A DNA stretch of 64,000 bases from Candidatus Marsarchaeota archaeon. Lineage in GTDB: Archaea > Micrarchaeota > Micrarchaeia > Micrarchaeales > Micrarchaeaceae. Below the pieces are notes generated by a model. The model was not told the DNA's origin and made no database searches. It worked only from the letters and a program-made list of their open reading frames with translations. Position numbers and translations under genes: made by a program. Shown one piece after another: positions 8,969-17,367 of this stretch (the stretch's first letter is position 1; each line of letters begins with the position of its first letter). The stretch is taken from contig JAMCZQ010000007.1 of NCBI GenBank assembly GCA_023485295.1, forward strand, positions 26,335 through 90,334, read 5' to 3'.

Positions 8969-8983
8969 TTTATCTAAACGGGA

Positions 8984-10636
8984 TCATATGAATCCGGCGC
9001 GAAGCCTTCCGCTCATCCTTGCAGTGCCTCCTATAAAGTTGGCGAGCTGCACTATGAATGCATATGTCACTGCGCTTATCAGGGCAGGGTAGAAGAGTAT
9101 CAAAAGCCAGAACGAATTTATCGTAGACTCTATGCTGCTTAGGTTTGTGACCAATGGGCTTGTGGATGTGAGGGCATTAAGCTCAGCTCCTCGTCCAGCG
9201 CCATACCTTGCAAGCAATGCCGATTCGGCATTGAGCTGCGTAATCAGGTGCGGTGCCGTAAAGTAGAAAGCGACTGCAAACAACAGCGGCATTACAAAGT
9301 AAAAGCCTGCCGCAGTCGCTATGAGTATGCCACCAAGCGATCTGGTTGGAAGTATTGCCCTCAATATCACGCCAGGCACCAGGAATACAGGTATTGCGGC
9401 CACGGCAAAGAATACTATAAGGTAATATTCCGCGTACAACGCAAGTATGCCGTCTGCTATGAACGAAGTTATGACTGCCGTCGGCTCTATGTAGAATATA
9501 TCCAATCCCAAGAACGCAAGCGGCACTATCTCGTTGGTTATGTTGGCTGCAGGATACGCTGGCGTCGATATTGTCGCCTTGATTGACGATAAATACATAT
9601 CATAGAAATATGTGCGGAACAATTCGTTATAAACGTTTTCTGCTGAGTTTATTGTCGTGGTTATAAGGTGCAAAGCAGTTGCGTAGGGGTTTATCGCCCC
9701 AACGAAAACGCCAGGCACCAGGCCGAATACAACTGCGCTTATGTAAAGGAATAGCACCACAATAATGGCGCTCGCAATCGCCTCATAAAGCTCCCCTACT
9801 CCGAAATTCCTTATCCTGCTGTTTTTGGTAGCTGCCCCAACCATAAATATGCCTCCTGCAATGAGGAAAGCTATAAGCACCACTATTATGGCTATTGGTA
9901 TGTAGCCCTGCCACGAGAAGTATATAGATTCGTTTATCGGGCAGTACCATGGCTCAGTGCTCTGAATTGTCTGTTCCAAGCTTGGAGGGAGCAGCCCGCA
10001 CCTGAGCGGCGGCGGCGTAGGCGTCGGGGTGCACGCAATCATATTGCTCGGGCAGCCGTTCGACGGGCCTGTAGTCTGATAGCTGCAGTCGGTAGGGCAG
10101 CTAAACCCTGTTGTTGGATTTACGCAGGTGTCGCAGCTGTAATATGCGGTGGATGTGCTTGTGGTGGAAGTGGTCGTGCTGCTTGTCGTAGACGTAGTTG
10201 AAGTGCTGGTTGTAGAAGTAGTAGAACTGGATGTTGAAGTAGTAGAGGTTGTTGTAAATATTGTGGATGTAGTGGTCCTGATTGTAGAAGTGGTCGTGGT
10301 ATGGAAAGCAATGCACTCTTCTTCAACACCGCCATGCGGGCACCTATTCGGAAGCACTTTGCAGTACCCATTGCATGGATAAAGTTCGCCGCAAAAGTCG
10401 CAATATGTCGTCATTATTGGATCGGAAAGCAGCTTTTCCGTAGACATTGTAAAAATTGCATAGGCCGGCTCGCCCTGGGTCTGTGACGACTGCGCGAAAG
10501 ATAAGCCGCCAGATATTTTCTGGATTCCAGAGCCTTGGCTCAATCCAACATTAGCATAGCCCAGCGCATAACCAATGATTACCGCTAGAATTGCAATGTA
10601 TACTGCATAGCTTACCAATCTCTTGTCGTAGTTCAA
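8984..10636 (-). CDS. Polytopic membrane protein, paralog family member (candidate VirB6/CedA-like) with an N-terminal Cys-rich plus Thr/Ser-rich ectodomain
   Basis: 550-aa ORF. Family motifs NFGVGELYEAIASAIIVVLF and ILPTRSLGGILIATAAGFYFVMPLLF. Many TM segments. Confidence 0.65.
   Translation of the reverse strand: MNYDKRLVSYAVYIAILAVIIGYALGYANVGLSQGSGIQKISGGLSFAQSSQTQGEPAYAIFTMSTEKLLSDPIMTTYCDFCGELYPCNGYCKVLPNRCPHGGVEEECIAFHTTTTSTIRTTTSTIFTTTSTTSTSSSTTSTTSTSTTSTTSSTTTSTTSTSTAYYSCDTCVNPTTGFSCPTDCSYQTTGPSNGCPSNMIACTPTPTPPPLRCGLLPPSLEQTIQSTEPWYCPINESIYFSWQGYIPIAIIVVLIAFLIAGGIFMVGAATKNSRIRNFGVGELYEAIASAIIVVLFLYISAVVFGLVPGVFVGAINPYATALHLITTTINSAENVYNELFRTYFYDMYLSSIKATISTPAYPAANITNEIVPLAFLGLDIFYIEPTAVITSFIADGILALYAEYYLIVFFAVAAIPVFLVPGVILRAILPTRSLGGILIATAAGFYFVMPLLFAVAFYFTAPHLITQLNAESALLARYGAGRGAELNALTSTSPLVTNLSSIESTINSFWLLILFYPALISAVTYAFIVQLANFIGGTARMSGRLRAGFI
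10148..10300 (-). repeat. Low-complexity Thr/Ser-coding tract (51 codons, TTTTSTIRTTTSTIFTTTSTTSTSSSTTSTTSTSTTSTTSSTTTSTTSTST)
   Basis: Read directly from the translation. At DNA level it is an imperfect gtng/gtag-type reiteration on the plus strand. Confidence 0.9.
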
Positions 10637-10646
10637 TCCATTACAC

Positions 10647-11693
10647 CTATATGAAGTTTGACAGCAGCTCCATGAAGCTCACCCTTTCTCCAACAGCTTT
10701 TGAAAAGTCAATTATAAATGCATCAAGTATGACAAAGTTTATGAAAGGAATAAAGGTAAGGCCGACTATCGCATATCCGAAGCCGCTTATTATGCTCGTA
10801 GGTATAAGCGATACCGTGCCTGTAGCCACGAATTCTAAGAAATCAGCTATTCCAGCAGGTAGTATTGATATCAGACCGGCTCCTGAAAGCATGTTCACGT
10901 TTATGAAGCCGTATGTGATGCTTATGAGCAGCGGGTATACAATCCCAAGGCCCAGGCCAAACGCAATCATGGCTCCGCCAAACGTCCTGGTAAAGCCGAA
11001 TACCCTGGCGATTAGCCCTATTGTAAGGAAGAACGTAAGGAACAGTATCGAGCCGGATATTAGCAGCAGCTGCAGGTTATTCAGCACAAGCATGAAGACG
11101 AGCCCGGAAAGGGCAAGGCCGATATAGCCCTCCAGGCCTGCAGGATAAACGCTGTTTAGGGTGGTGCTTATCTTAAGGCCCAAAATGGGCTGCAGCCCAA
11201 GGGAAAAGCCCGGCGATTGCCCTGCAACAAGCGCCAAGACGTCAACGAATTCGAAATACGAGAACGCGTTGTTGGTAAAAGTGCCTATATCACATGCTGA
11301 AAGCGAGAAAAGCGTGTTTATGCTTGCAGTATTGCATTCTTTAGGGAGCAGCCCTACGCTGTTGTACGCATTCACTGGATTAATCAGGAAAACGTAGAAC
11401 AGCCCAAGGAATATTGCAAGCAGCATAAGCGATATTAATGCCTCGTATATCTGCACCTTTGCCCAGTTCTTCGCATTCTGGCTGTATATCGTGCTGCCGA
11501 GCATGTATACAAATGCGGCAACGAATATGACTATGAGCACCGCGATTATTGCGATTGACATTCCGCCTGCAGGCGGGAACACCCCGTAGTATATCGAAGT
11601 GGTGGTAGTGCTTGCGCCAGCTATATTCGGAATAAGCGCGAGTGCTACTGCTAAAAGCACCGCAACTGCTGTTACATCTCTGATCTTGCTCAT
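10647..11693 (-). CDS. Polytopic membrane protein, paralog family member (candidate VirB6/CedA-like)
   Basis: 348-aa ORF with a signal-peptide-like N-terminus. Motifs NWAKVQIYEALISLMLLAIF and VFGFTRTFGGAMIAFGLGLGIVYPLL. Confidence 0.65.
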   Translation of the reverse strand: MSKIRDVTAVAVLLAVALALIPNIAGASTTTTSIYYGVFPPAGGMSIAIIAVLIVIFVAAFVYMLGSTIYSQNAKNWAKVQIYEALISLMLLAIFLGLFYVFLINPVNAYNSVGLLPKECNTASINTLFSLSACDIGTFTNNAFSYFEFVDVLALVAGQSPGFSLGLQPILGLKISTTLNSVYPAGLEGYIGLALSGLVFMLVLNNLQLLLISGSILFLTFFLTIGLIARVFGFTRTFGGAMIAFGLGLGIVYPLLISITYGFINVNMLSGAGLISILPAGIADFLEFVATGTVSLIPTSIISGFGYAIVGLTFIPFINFVILDAFIIDFSKAVGERVSFMELLSNFI

Positions 11694-12778
11694 ATGACTC
11701 CTCTCAATGCCTTCGACGTGCTCAGGCTCGGCGCGCCTAGGAAATCACCTACAGTTTCAGCGAAATCAAGCGAAAACATTATTGCTAAGATCGTGCCGAG
11801 CAGCAGGTACATTACAGGCGTGACAACAGATTCTATGAATTCTGTCACAACATTCCCGTGTATGAAGGATATAAGTGCGCTCAAGTCGCTAACAGGGTTG
11901 AAAATCGTTGTTATGGTGAACGGATCAGAAGTCAAAGCCGTTACTGTAACGGCAGTTATGGGCGGCATCGTTGCTACAAACGCTATGATCAGCGGAAGGA
12001 AAATGTAGAATCCTATAAATAACCCAAGGAAAGCCCCGCCAGCCGCGCGAGTCCATGGTATGGTGCGCAGAACTATCCCGACATAGAGGAATATCGGGAA
12101 AAGGCTGTATATCAGCGACAAAAGCACGGCCACTCCGAAAAGCAAGGCTATTATAACTCCTGTAAAGCTTATCAGCAGCTTCAATATCTGCGTAATGAAA
12201 TAAGCGCCGTAATACGGCGAGAAGCCAATTCCCCAATAATTGGGGTGCAGGCCTATGGACGTAGATGCCAGAAGCGAATAGAAATCGGATTCTACTGCCA
12301 AAGCCCTGAAAGCACCGAGCGTATTGAATGCAGTGCTAGCCACACTGACACAGTCGTTTGTAAAGATGCCTGTCCAGTCATATTTGGCCAGCACCCCGCT
12401 TTTGCCTATCGTGCTTCCTGTTGCGGAAAGCACGCCAAGAAATATCAGGATTATGAGTACGGTTATTACTGCCTCGCCTATCTCGGATTTTGCAAAGCTT
12501 GTAAGTTTATCTATGTTAAATGCATACCCTATTGCAAATGCCATGCCAGCTATCGTGAGCATTATCATAATGATCAATCCAGACAGCACGATTACGCCGC
12601 CTGCAATGGAAGTGTTCCCTATTACGCTATTGCTCGAAGCAGTAGTAGGAATAAGGCTGCTGCAAAGGTTTGTCGCGGACGAGCCGAAGCTGAAATTGGC
12701 AAGCATAAGCAAGGCCATTAGCGCTAGGGCTGCAATCCCTGCGTGCTTCCTTAATGACATGCTGCCGTACATCTGCAT
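11690..12778 (-). CDS. Polytopic membrane protein, paralog family member (candidate VirB6/CedA-like)
   Basis: 362-aa ORF with a 4-nt overlap with the downstream gene. Motifs SFAKSEIGEAVITVLIILIF and TIPWTRAAGGAFLGLFIGFYIFLPLI. Confidence 0.65.
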   Translation of the reverse strand: MQMYGSMSLRKHAGIAALALMALLMLANFSFGSSATNLCSSLIPTTASSNSVIGNTSIAGGVIVLSGLIIMIMLTIAGMAFAIGYAFNIDKLTSFAKSEIGEAVITVLIILIFLGVLSATGSTIGKSGVLAKYDWTGIFTNDCVSVASTAFNTLGAFRALAVESDFYSLLASTSIGLHPNYWGIGFSPYYGAYFITQILKLLISFTGVIIALLFGVAVLLSLIYSLFPIFLYVGIVLRTIPWTRAAGGAFLGLFIGFYIFLPLIIAFVATMPPITAVTVTALTSDPFTITTIFNPVSDLSALISFIHGNVVTEFIESVVTPVMYLLLGTILAIMFSLDFAETVGDFLGAPSLSTSKALRGVI

Positions 12779-14259
12779 CAGACCAATTTTGACAGGCCTG
12801 CAAGGGCCGTATCGCCTCCCATGAGGCCGGATATGCCTATTATCCCGCTCAGCACTATTATGAGATTTATTATAGGTATGAAATATGCCGATATTCCAAG
12901 CACTCCATAAGTCCTCACCAGCATGTAATATCCGTTCAGTGCCTGCGTTTCAGTGCACCCCTGCGGCAGCCCGGAAATGTCAGGCGCAACAGGCACAGAA
13001 TGATTTATAAGGGCAAGCAGCTGCGTTGCAAGCCCGGTAAAAGGTATCAGCAAATAGCTCGTGTCTTCAACCTCCGCATTAAGCAGGTTTCCGTCTGCCG
13101 GCCAGCATCCAGTGCTTTTCGTAGCGTTCGCTACGCTCGGCATGACGTAGAAGTTTGTCACATAAGGCCTGCCTGTGCTATTTGGTATGTAATAAGTCGA
13201 ATTCGTGAAAAGGTTGCCGAACCCGTAATAAGCGCCAAGGTCATTCGAATTGTATGTGAATGGGGTTGTGCTGGTTGGCGGCGTATAGCCCATGAGTGCA
13301 CCAAGGCCATGGCCTAGGTACAGGTATTCTATGGAGAATACCAGCGGGAAGAACAATATTGCGCCTATGCCTATGGCTATCAGCAGCCCGCCTATCTTTC
13401 TTGTAAAGGGCAGTACCCTGAGTATGACGCCGCCAAATATAAGGTACGGCCATATATATAGGAAGATAGAAGTTAAGGTGAGCTGCGCTATAAAGCTCTC
13501 AAGCGCAAGCGTCATCAGCACGCCTATGCTGTCGAGGGATTTGTACACCAGCCTAAGCCCAGCATATGGGGAATTTTGATAGTGTATGAACAGGTCAGCC
13601 TCTGTAGGCGCTGGAAGCATGCACTGCACAGATATTGGAGAAGGTGGCTCAGGCGATATGCATATGTTTATCTGCGGGCTCAGGTGCTCCAGGTAACCAA
13701 TGAAAGCGTCGAATATAAAATACGAGTTTAGGTTGAGCGCAGTCTGGTTCGTAAGGTTTGCTATCACTACTCCTGATGCAGCAAGCGGGTAGTCCGCCTT
13801 CTCAGTAAATGTATTCTGCTTTGCCACTATGTTGCAAAGCCCAGGAAAGCCAGTTGGATTCTTGGAGAACAGCAGCGAGCTTCCTGTAAGCGACTTTGAG
13901 GCATTCAGCACCGAAAGCTGCGAACTTTCGTTTATGCCATTGCACAAGCTTAGGACATTCGCCGGGTTCATGAGCGCCGTTGAGGAAGTTACGGAATAGA
14001 ACGCATCCCCGAATATCACCAGCACGCTTACCAGCAGCACTACAAGCACCGCAGTGCCTATGAGCTGGTAAAATTCTGTCATGGCCGACGACTTCACCCT
14101 GGCGTTGCCAAGTATTGCGCCTGCCATATACCATGCTCCAACTATGGCTCCATCAAGCACTATGGCTATTGCTATGAGCGGGAACAGAGATGAGTATACC
14201 CCGTGGAATGCAGAAATCTGCAGCAATATCGGTATAAGCAACATCATAAGCTCGCCCAA
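12778..14259 (-). CDS. Polytopic membrane protein, paralog family member (candidate VirB6/CedA-like)
   Basis: 493-aa ORF. Motifs AMTEFYQLIGTAVLVVLLV and VLPFTRKIGGLLIAIGIGAILFFPLVF. 1-nt overlap at 12778. The start may instead be the Met at 14244, giving a 1-nt overlap with the upstream stop. Confidence 0.65.
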   Translation of the reverse strand: MGELMMLLIPILLQISAFHGVYSSLFPLIAIAIVLDGAIVGAWYMAGAILGNARVKSSAMTEFYQLIGTAVLVVLLVSVLVIFGDAFYSVTSSTALMNPANVLSLCNGINESSQLSVLNASKSLTGSSLLFSKNPTGFPGLCNIVAKQNTFTEKADYPLAASGVVIANLTNQTALNLNSYFIFDAFIGYLEHLSPQINICISPEPPSPISVQCMLPAPTEADLFIHYQNSPYAGLRLVYKSLDSIGVLMTLALESFIAQLTLTSIFLYIWPYLIFGGVILRVLPFTRKIGGLLIAIGIGAILFFPLVFSIEYLYLGHGLGALMGYTPPTSTTPFTYNSNDLGAYYGFGNLFTNSTYYIPNSTGRPYVTNFYVMPSVANATKSTGCWPADGNLLNAEVEDTSYLLIPFTGLATQLLALINHSVPVAPDISGLPQGCTETQALNGYYMLVRTYGVLGISAYFIPIINLIIVLSGIIGISGLMGGDTALAGLSKLV

Positions 14260-16004
14260 AATGACGCAACACCCTCTATGCCGGCATCAAGAGACCGCGC
14301 AAGGCCCATGGCAAATCCTATTGCAACTGCAAGGTTTAAGCCAAATAGGAATACAGCAAGAAATATAAATTCAGACATGTTCTGGATTATGTACGAAGCT
14401 ACAGACACTATAGGAACCCTCAGCGTAGCATACAGCGACGAGCTAAGAAGGTTGTTCGTGACCGGAGTGGATACGCCCAGGCCAGAGCCGAAAATGGAGA
14501 ATAGGCTGTTTTTGCTTGAGGTGATAAGCGTATTGCTTTCCAAGAAAGAAGAGCTCGGAAGAGCTGGAAGCACGTATGCAGTGCTCAGGCAGTTGGTGCA
14601 GCCGTACAGCGGATTCAGCGATGGCGTGTATATCCAATAAATTATGTAGCTGTCGAAAGCTATCATCAGCGGGTAAATTATGTATATCGCTATCGCTATT
14701 GCCAGCACCGCGTTAGAAATCGTTCGAAGGCCTGTGCCGCCGTATGGTATAAACCTTAGTACTAGCGCAACAGGCAGCAGCACTGTAAAAGCAGTATACT
14801 CAAATATGGGCAGCGCCAGGTACTGAAGGAACAGCATGCCTATAGTTATTATCAGTATTGGAGAGAGCGCGTCGAAATACACATCAGAAAGAGAGCCGTA
14901 TAATGTTCCAAAGTCATGCGCATACGATATGGTTACGCTGAATACCCCTCCAATGGTCGGAGATATGCTAAGGTCTTGAGAAAGCACTGTAAATATCCTG
15001 CCGACTATCGCATACCTTATAGAGGTCTGGTAAACGTAGCCTATCAGGTTTATGCCTCGATTCAATGCCAGTGTGCCTATGTAATAATCCGCATATTCGA
15101 ATGGCGTAAGCCCTGTAACTCCAGTGACTCCTGCTGCGGAAAGCACCTTCGAGCCGAGAGAAGCGGAAAGATTGCATGCTGATGTAGTAAGCGAAAGCAG
15201 CACGAGCAGTATTACTATGCTTATAACAAGCTGCGTTATCTCAACCCTTGTTATCTGTGTAAGCCTTACGCGCAAGGATGTTGGCATGAACCTGCTTATC
15301 ATGAAAATAAATGCCACTACAAGGAAACCAAAAAGGATAATTATGTAATTTATCGGAAGCCACCCTGCTATGTAAGGAGAGCCAGGCCCGCCGTAAATGC
15401 TGCAGTAGTTTACTGCAGGCACTACTGTTGTGAAAGTTGTGCTTGTCGTGGAGCTTGTCGATGTTGTCGTAGTAGAGCTAGTAGTGGACGATGTTGTCGA
15501 TGTTGTTGTAGACGTCGTAGAAGTCGTAGAAGTCGTAGATGTTGTCGATATTATTGTAGAGGAAGTTGTTTTTACCGTGCTGGTGGTGGAGCTTGTGGTG
15601 GTTTTGCTCGATTCGCAGGTGCCAAGCCTATATCCACTGTTGGAGAGGACGCATTCTCCACTGCTTGTTTTTGTAATATATTGCGCCTTGGAGTTTGCCA
15701 CGCAGCTGTAGCCTGTATCGCATGAAGAATAGCCGCAATATCCATTAGGCGCATTTATTAGGCAGCTGCTTCCTGCACCGCCAAACACTGGCTGGCTTAT
15801 CAAAGTGCTGTTTTGAACATCTGCAGTTTTGGAATATGCAGTATTAGGCACAATGCTATCTTGGTGGGCCGGCACCATTACAGGCGAGCTTTTTGCCGTT
15901 AAGCTGCTTGCAATATGGCTTCCGGCATATAAGAACGAAGCTACTGCTACAGCTATTATAATCATGTAAATAACTGCAGTCAATGCTTTATTATGCAAAC
16001 TCAC
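14244..16004 (-). CDS. Polytopic membrane protein, divergent paralog family member with an N-terminal Cys-rich plus Thr/Ser-rich ectodomain
   Basis: 586-aa ORF. Divergent core motif FIPYGGTGLRTISNAVLAIAIAIYIIYPLMIAF. N-terminal TM, six Cys within about 50 aa, then a 62-aa T/S tract. Confidence 0.65.
   Translation of the reverse strand: MSLHNKALTAVIYMIIIAVAVASFLYAGSHIASSLTAKSSPVMVPAHQDSIVPNTAYSKTADVQNSTLISQPVFGGAGSSCLINAPNGYCGYSSCDTGYSCVANSKAQYITKTSSGECVLSNSGYRLGTCESSKTTTSSTTSTVKTTSSTIISTTSTTSTTSTTSTTTSTTSSTTSSTTTTSTSSTTSTTFTTVVPAVNYCSIYGGPGSPYIAGWLPINYIIILFGFLVVAFIFMISRFMPTSLRVRLTQITRVEITQLVISIVILLVLLSLTTSACNLSASLGSKVLSAAGVTGVTGLTPFEYADYYIGTLALNRGINLIGYVYQTSIRYAIVGRIFTVLSQDLSISPTIGGVFSVTISYAHDFGTLYGSLSDVYFDALSPILIITIGMLFLQYLALPIFEYTAFTVLLPVALVLRFIPYGGTGLRTISNAVLAIAIAIYIIYPLMIAFDSYIIYWIYTPSLNPLYGCTNCLSTAYVLPALPSSSFLESNTLITSSKNSLFSIFGSGLGVSTPVTNNLLSSSLYATLRVPIVSVASYIIQNMSEFIFLAVFLFGLNLAVAIGFAMGLARSLDAGIEGVASFWASL
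15426..15611 (-). repeat. Low-complexity Thr/Ser-coding tract (62 codons, SSKTTTSSTTSTVKTTSSTIISTTSTTSTTSTTSTTTSTTSSTTSSTTTTSTSSTTSTTFTT)
   Basis: Read directly from the translation. Confidence 0.9.
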
Positions 16005-16006
16005 AC

Positions 16007-17308
16007 CTATGCAATCTTGAATTTACCGACGCCCAAGCTCAGCTTTCCGCCAAGCATGCTTGCTATCGCGCCTGCAATCACCAGCGTTATCACAAGATCC
16101 AATATTATCAATATGAATTGAAAGAGCACAGGCGTTCCATAAAACCCTATGATATTGAATGCCGGATATATTGCGCCATGCCCTGAGAGCATAATGGCCA
16201 TGCCCCCACCCCAGCCGTTTTCAAAGGAATTTGCATACAAGTTCGCGTTTGGGTCACCGGCAGTTTGTGCATCTACAAGTATATCTGAGGCAGTGCCGTA
16301 AGTCGGATATGCTATAACGCAAAGCGCATCTGTGAATAACGATTCCGCAGAAATACCGCTTCCAAAACAGGTTACTGTCGGTGCAGTGTTCTGCTGATAC
16401 AGTATTGGCTGTATGTAATTTGTCATAGGTACATTGAATACAACCAGCATTGCTGGAAAGATGAGCCCTATTGCCATGCCGATTGCTATGAAGCTGCCTC
16501 CGAGCCCACGAAGGAACGGTATGGCGCGGAACACTATGCCTATTGGCAGGAATAGCGCCAGGCCTATGAGCACTATGTAATAAAGGAGGCTGCTGAGGGT
16601 TTCAAGCACAAAGTAAACAGGTATAAACACTACTTCTATGAAGTCCTTTATAAAAGAGTAGTTCGGCAGCTCTAAATTTGACTCTATTACAGAGCTGCTC
16701 AGAAATCCAGAAGACGACCCGAACTGCAGTGCCCCAACGAAAGGTATCGGTATGGGTATCCATGTCAATACTGCAGTGCTCTTAAGCTCTCCTACAGAGG
16801 AAGAAAGGCCTTCGAACGCGTAGAAGCTCTCATTGAGCATCAGCATTGTCGGATCAATGTATGCGCTGTAATCAACCGCATAAAGCTGGTTCAAATTATC
16901 GGAAACGCTGCTGTAAGCACTACTATTCAGCGGCAACGAGACGACAGGCACACTGCTACCAGCAAGAGCAAGCGCTATTGCGCCAACGATAATAAGTATT
17001 GCAAAGATCAAAACAATCAGAAGAGCGCTTTTCGCCGCTTCATAAAGCTCTCCTTGGTACCAGTTCCTCAGCGACCCTATCTGCAGGACGTTTCCCACCA
17101 TGAAGGCTATGCCTATCAGCAGGAAAGAAAGAAGAAGGCCTATAAGCGCAAGCGGTATTGCCCCGGCAATGCAAAGTCCTACGTTAGACGAAGTAGTCGA
17201 AATGCCTGTAAACGGGCATGTCACCGATGTTGTGCTCTGTGCACTGCTAATCGATGCCAATAATACAAAGGCCATGAACGCCGCGATATACGCAGGTTTT
17301 AGTCGCAT
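16007..17308 (-). CDS. Polytopic membrane protein, paralog family member (candidate VirB6/CedA-like)
   Basis: 433-aa ORF with signal peptide MRLKPAYIAAFMAFVLLASISSAQS. Motifs NWYQGELYEAAKSALLIVLIF and AIPFLRGLGGSFIAIGMAIGLIFPAML. Confidence 0.65.
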   Translation of the reverse strand: MRLKPAYIAAFMAFVLLASISSAQSTTSVTCPFTGISTTSSNVGLCIAGAIPLALIGLLLSFLLIGIAFMVGNVLQIGSLRNWYQGELYEAAKSALLIVLIFAILIIVGAIALALAGSSVPVVSLPLNSSAYSSVSDNLNQLYAVDYSAYIDPTMLMLNESFYAFEGLSSSVGELKSTAVLTWIPIPIPFVGALQFGSSSGFLSSSVIESNLELPNYSFIKDFIEVVFIPVYFVLETLSSLLYYIVLIGLALFLPIGIVFRAIPFLRGLGGSFIAIGMAIGLIFPAMLVVFNVPMTNYIQPILYQQNTAPTVTCFGSGISAESLFTDALCVIAYPTYGTASDILVDAQTAGDPNANLYANSFENGWGGGMAIMLSGHGAIYPAFNIIGFYGTPVLFQFILIILDLVITLVIAGAIASMLGGKLSLGVGKFKIA

Positions 17309-17324
17309 ATTTCAATATTGCAAC

Positions 17325-17338
17325 TAATATATTTAATA
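17325..17338 (-). promoter_or_regulatory. TATA-like element (minus strand TATTAAATATATTA) 17-30 nt upstream of the ATG at 17308
   Basis: Lies in an AT-rich 59-bp gap between genes. The spacing suggests a short-leader or leaderless transcript. Confidence 0.3.
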
Positions 17339-17367
17339 CGCTTGTGCAAGGCGTCATATATTGCCTT

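Noticed and set aside
10149-10382. Val/Glu/Asp repeat ORFs on the plus strand (also 15430..15711); periodic DNA considered as a tandem repeat or CRISPR-like array
   Set aside because: These are the antisense reading of the Thr/Ser-coding tracts. The repeats are imperfect 3-nt codon reiterations with no repeat-spacer organisation.
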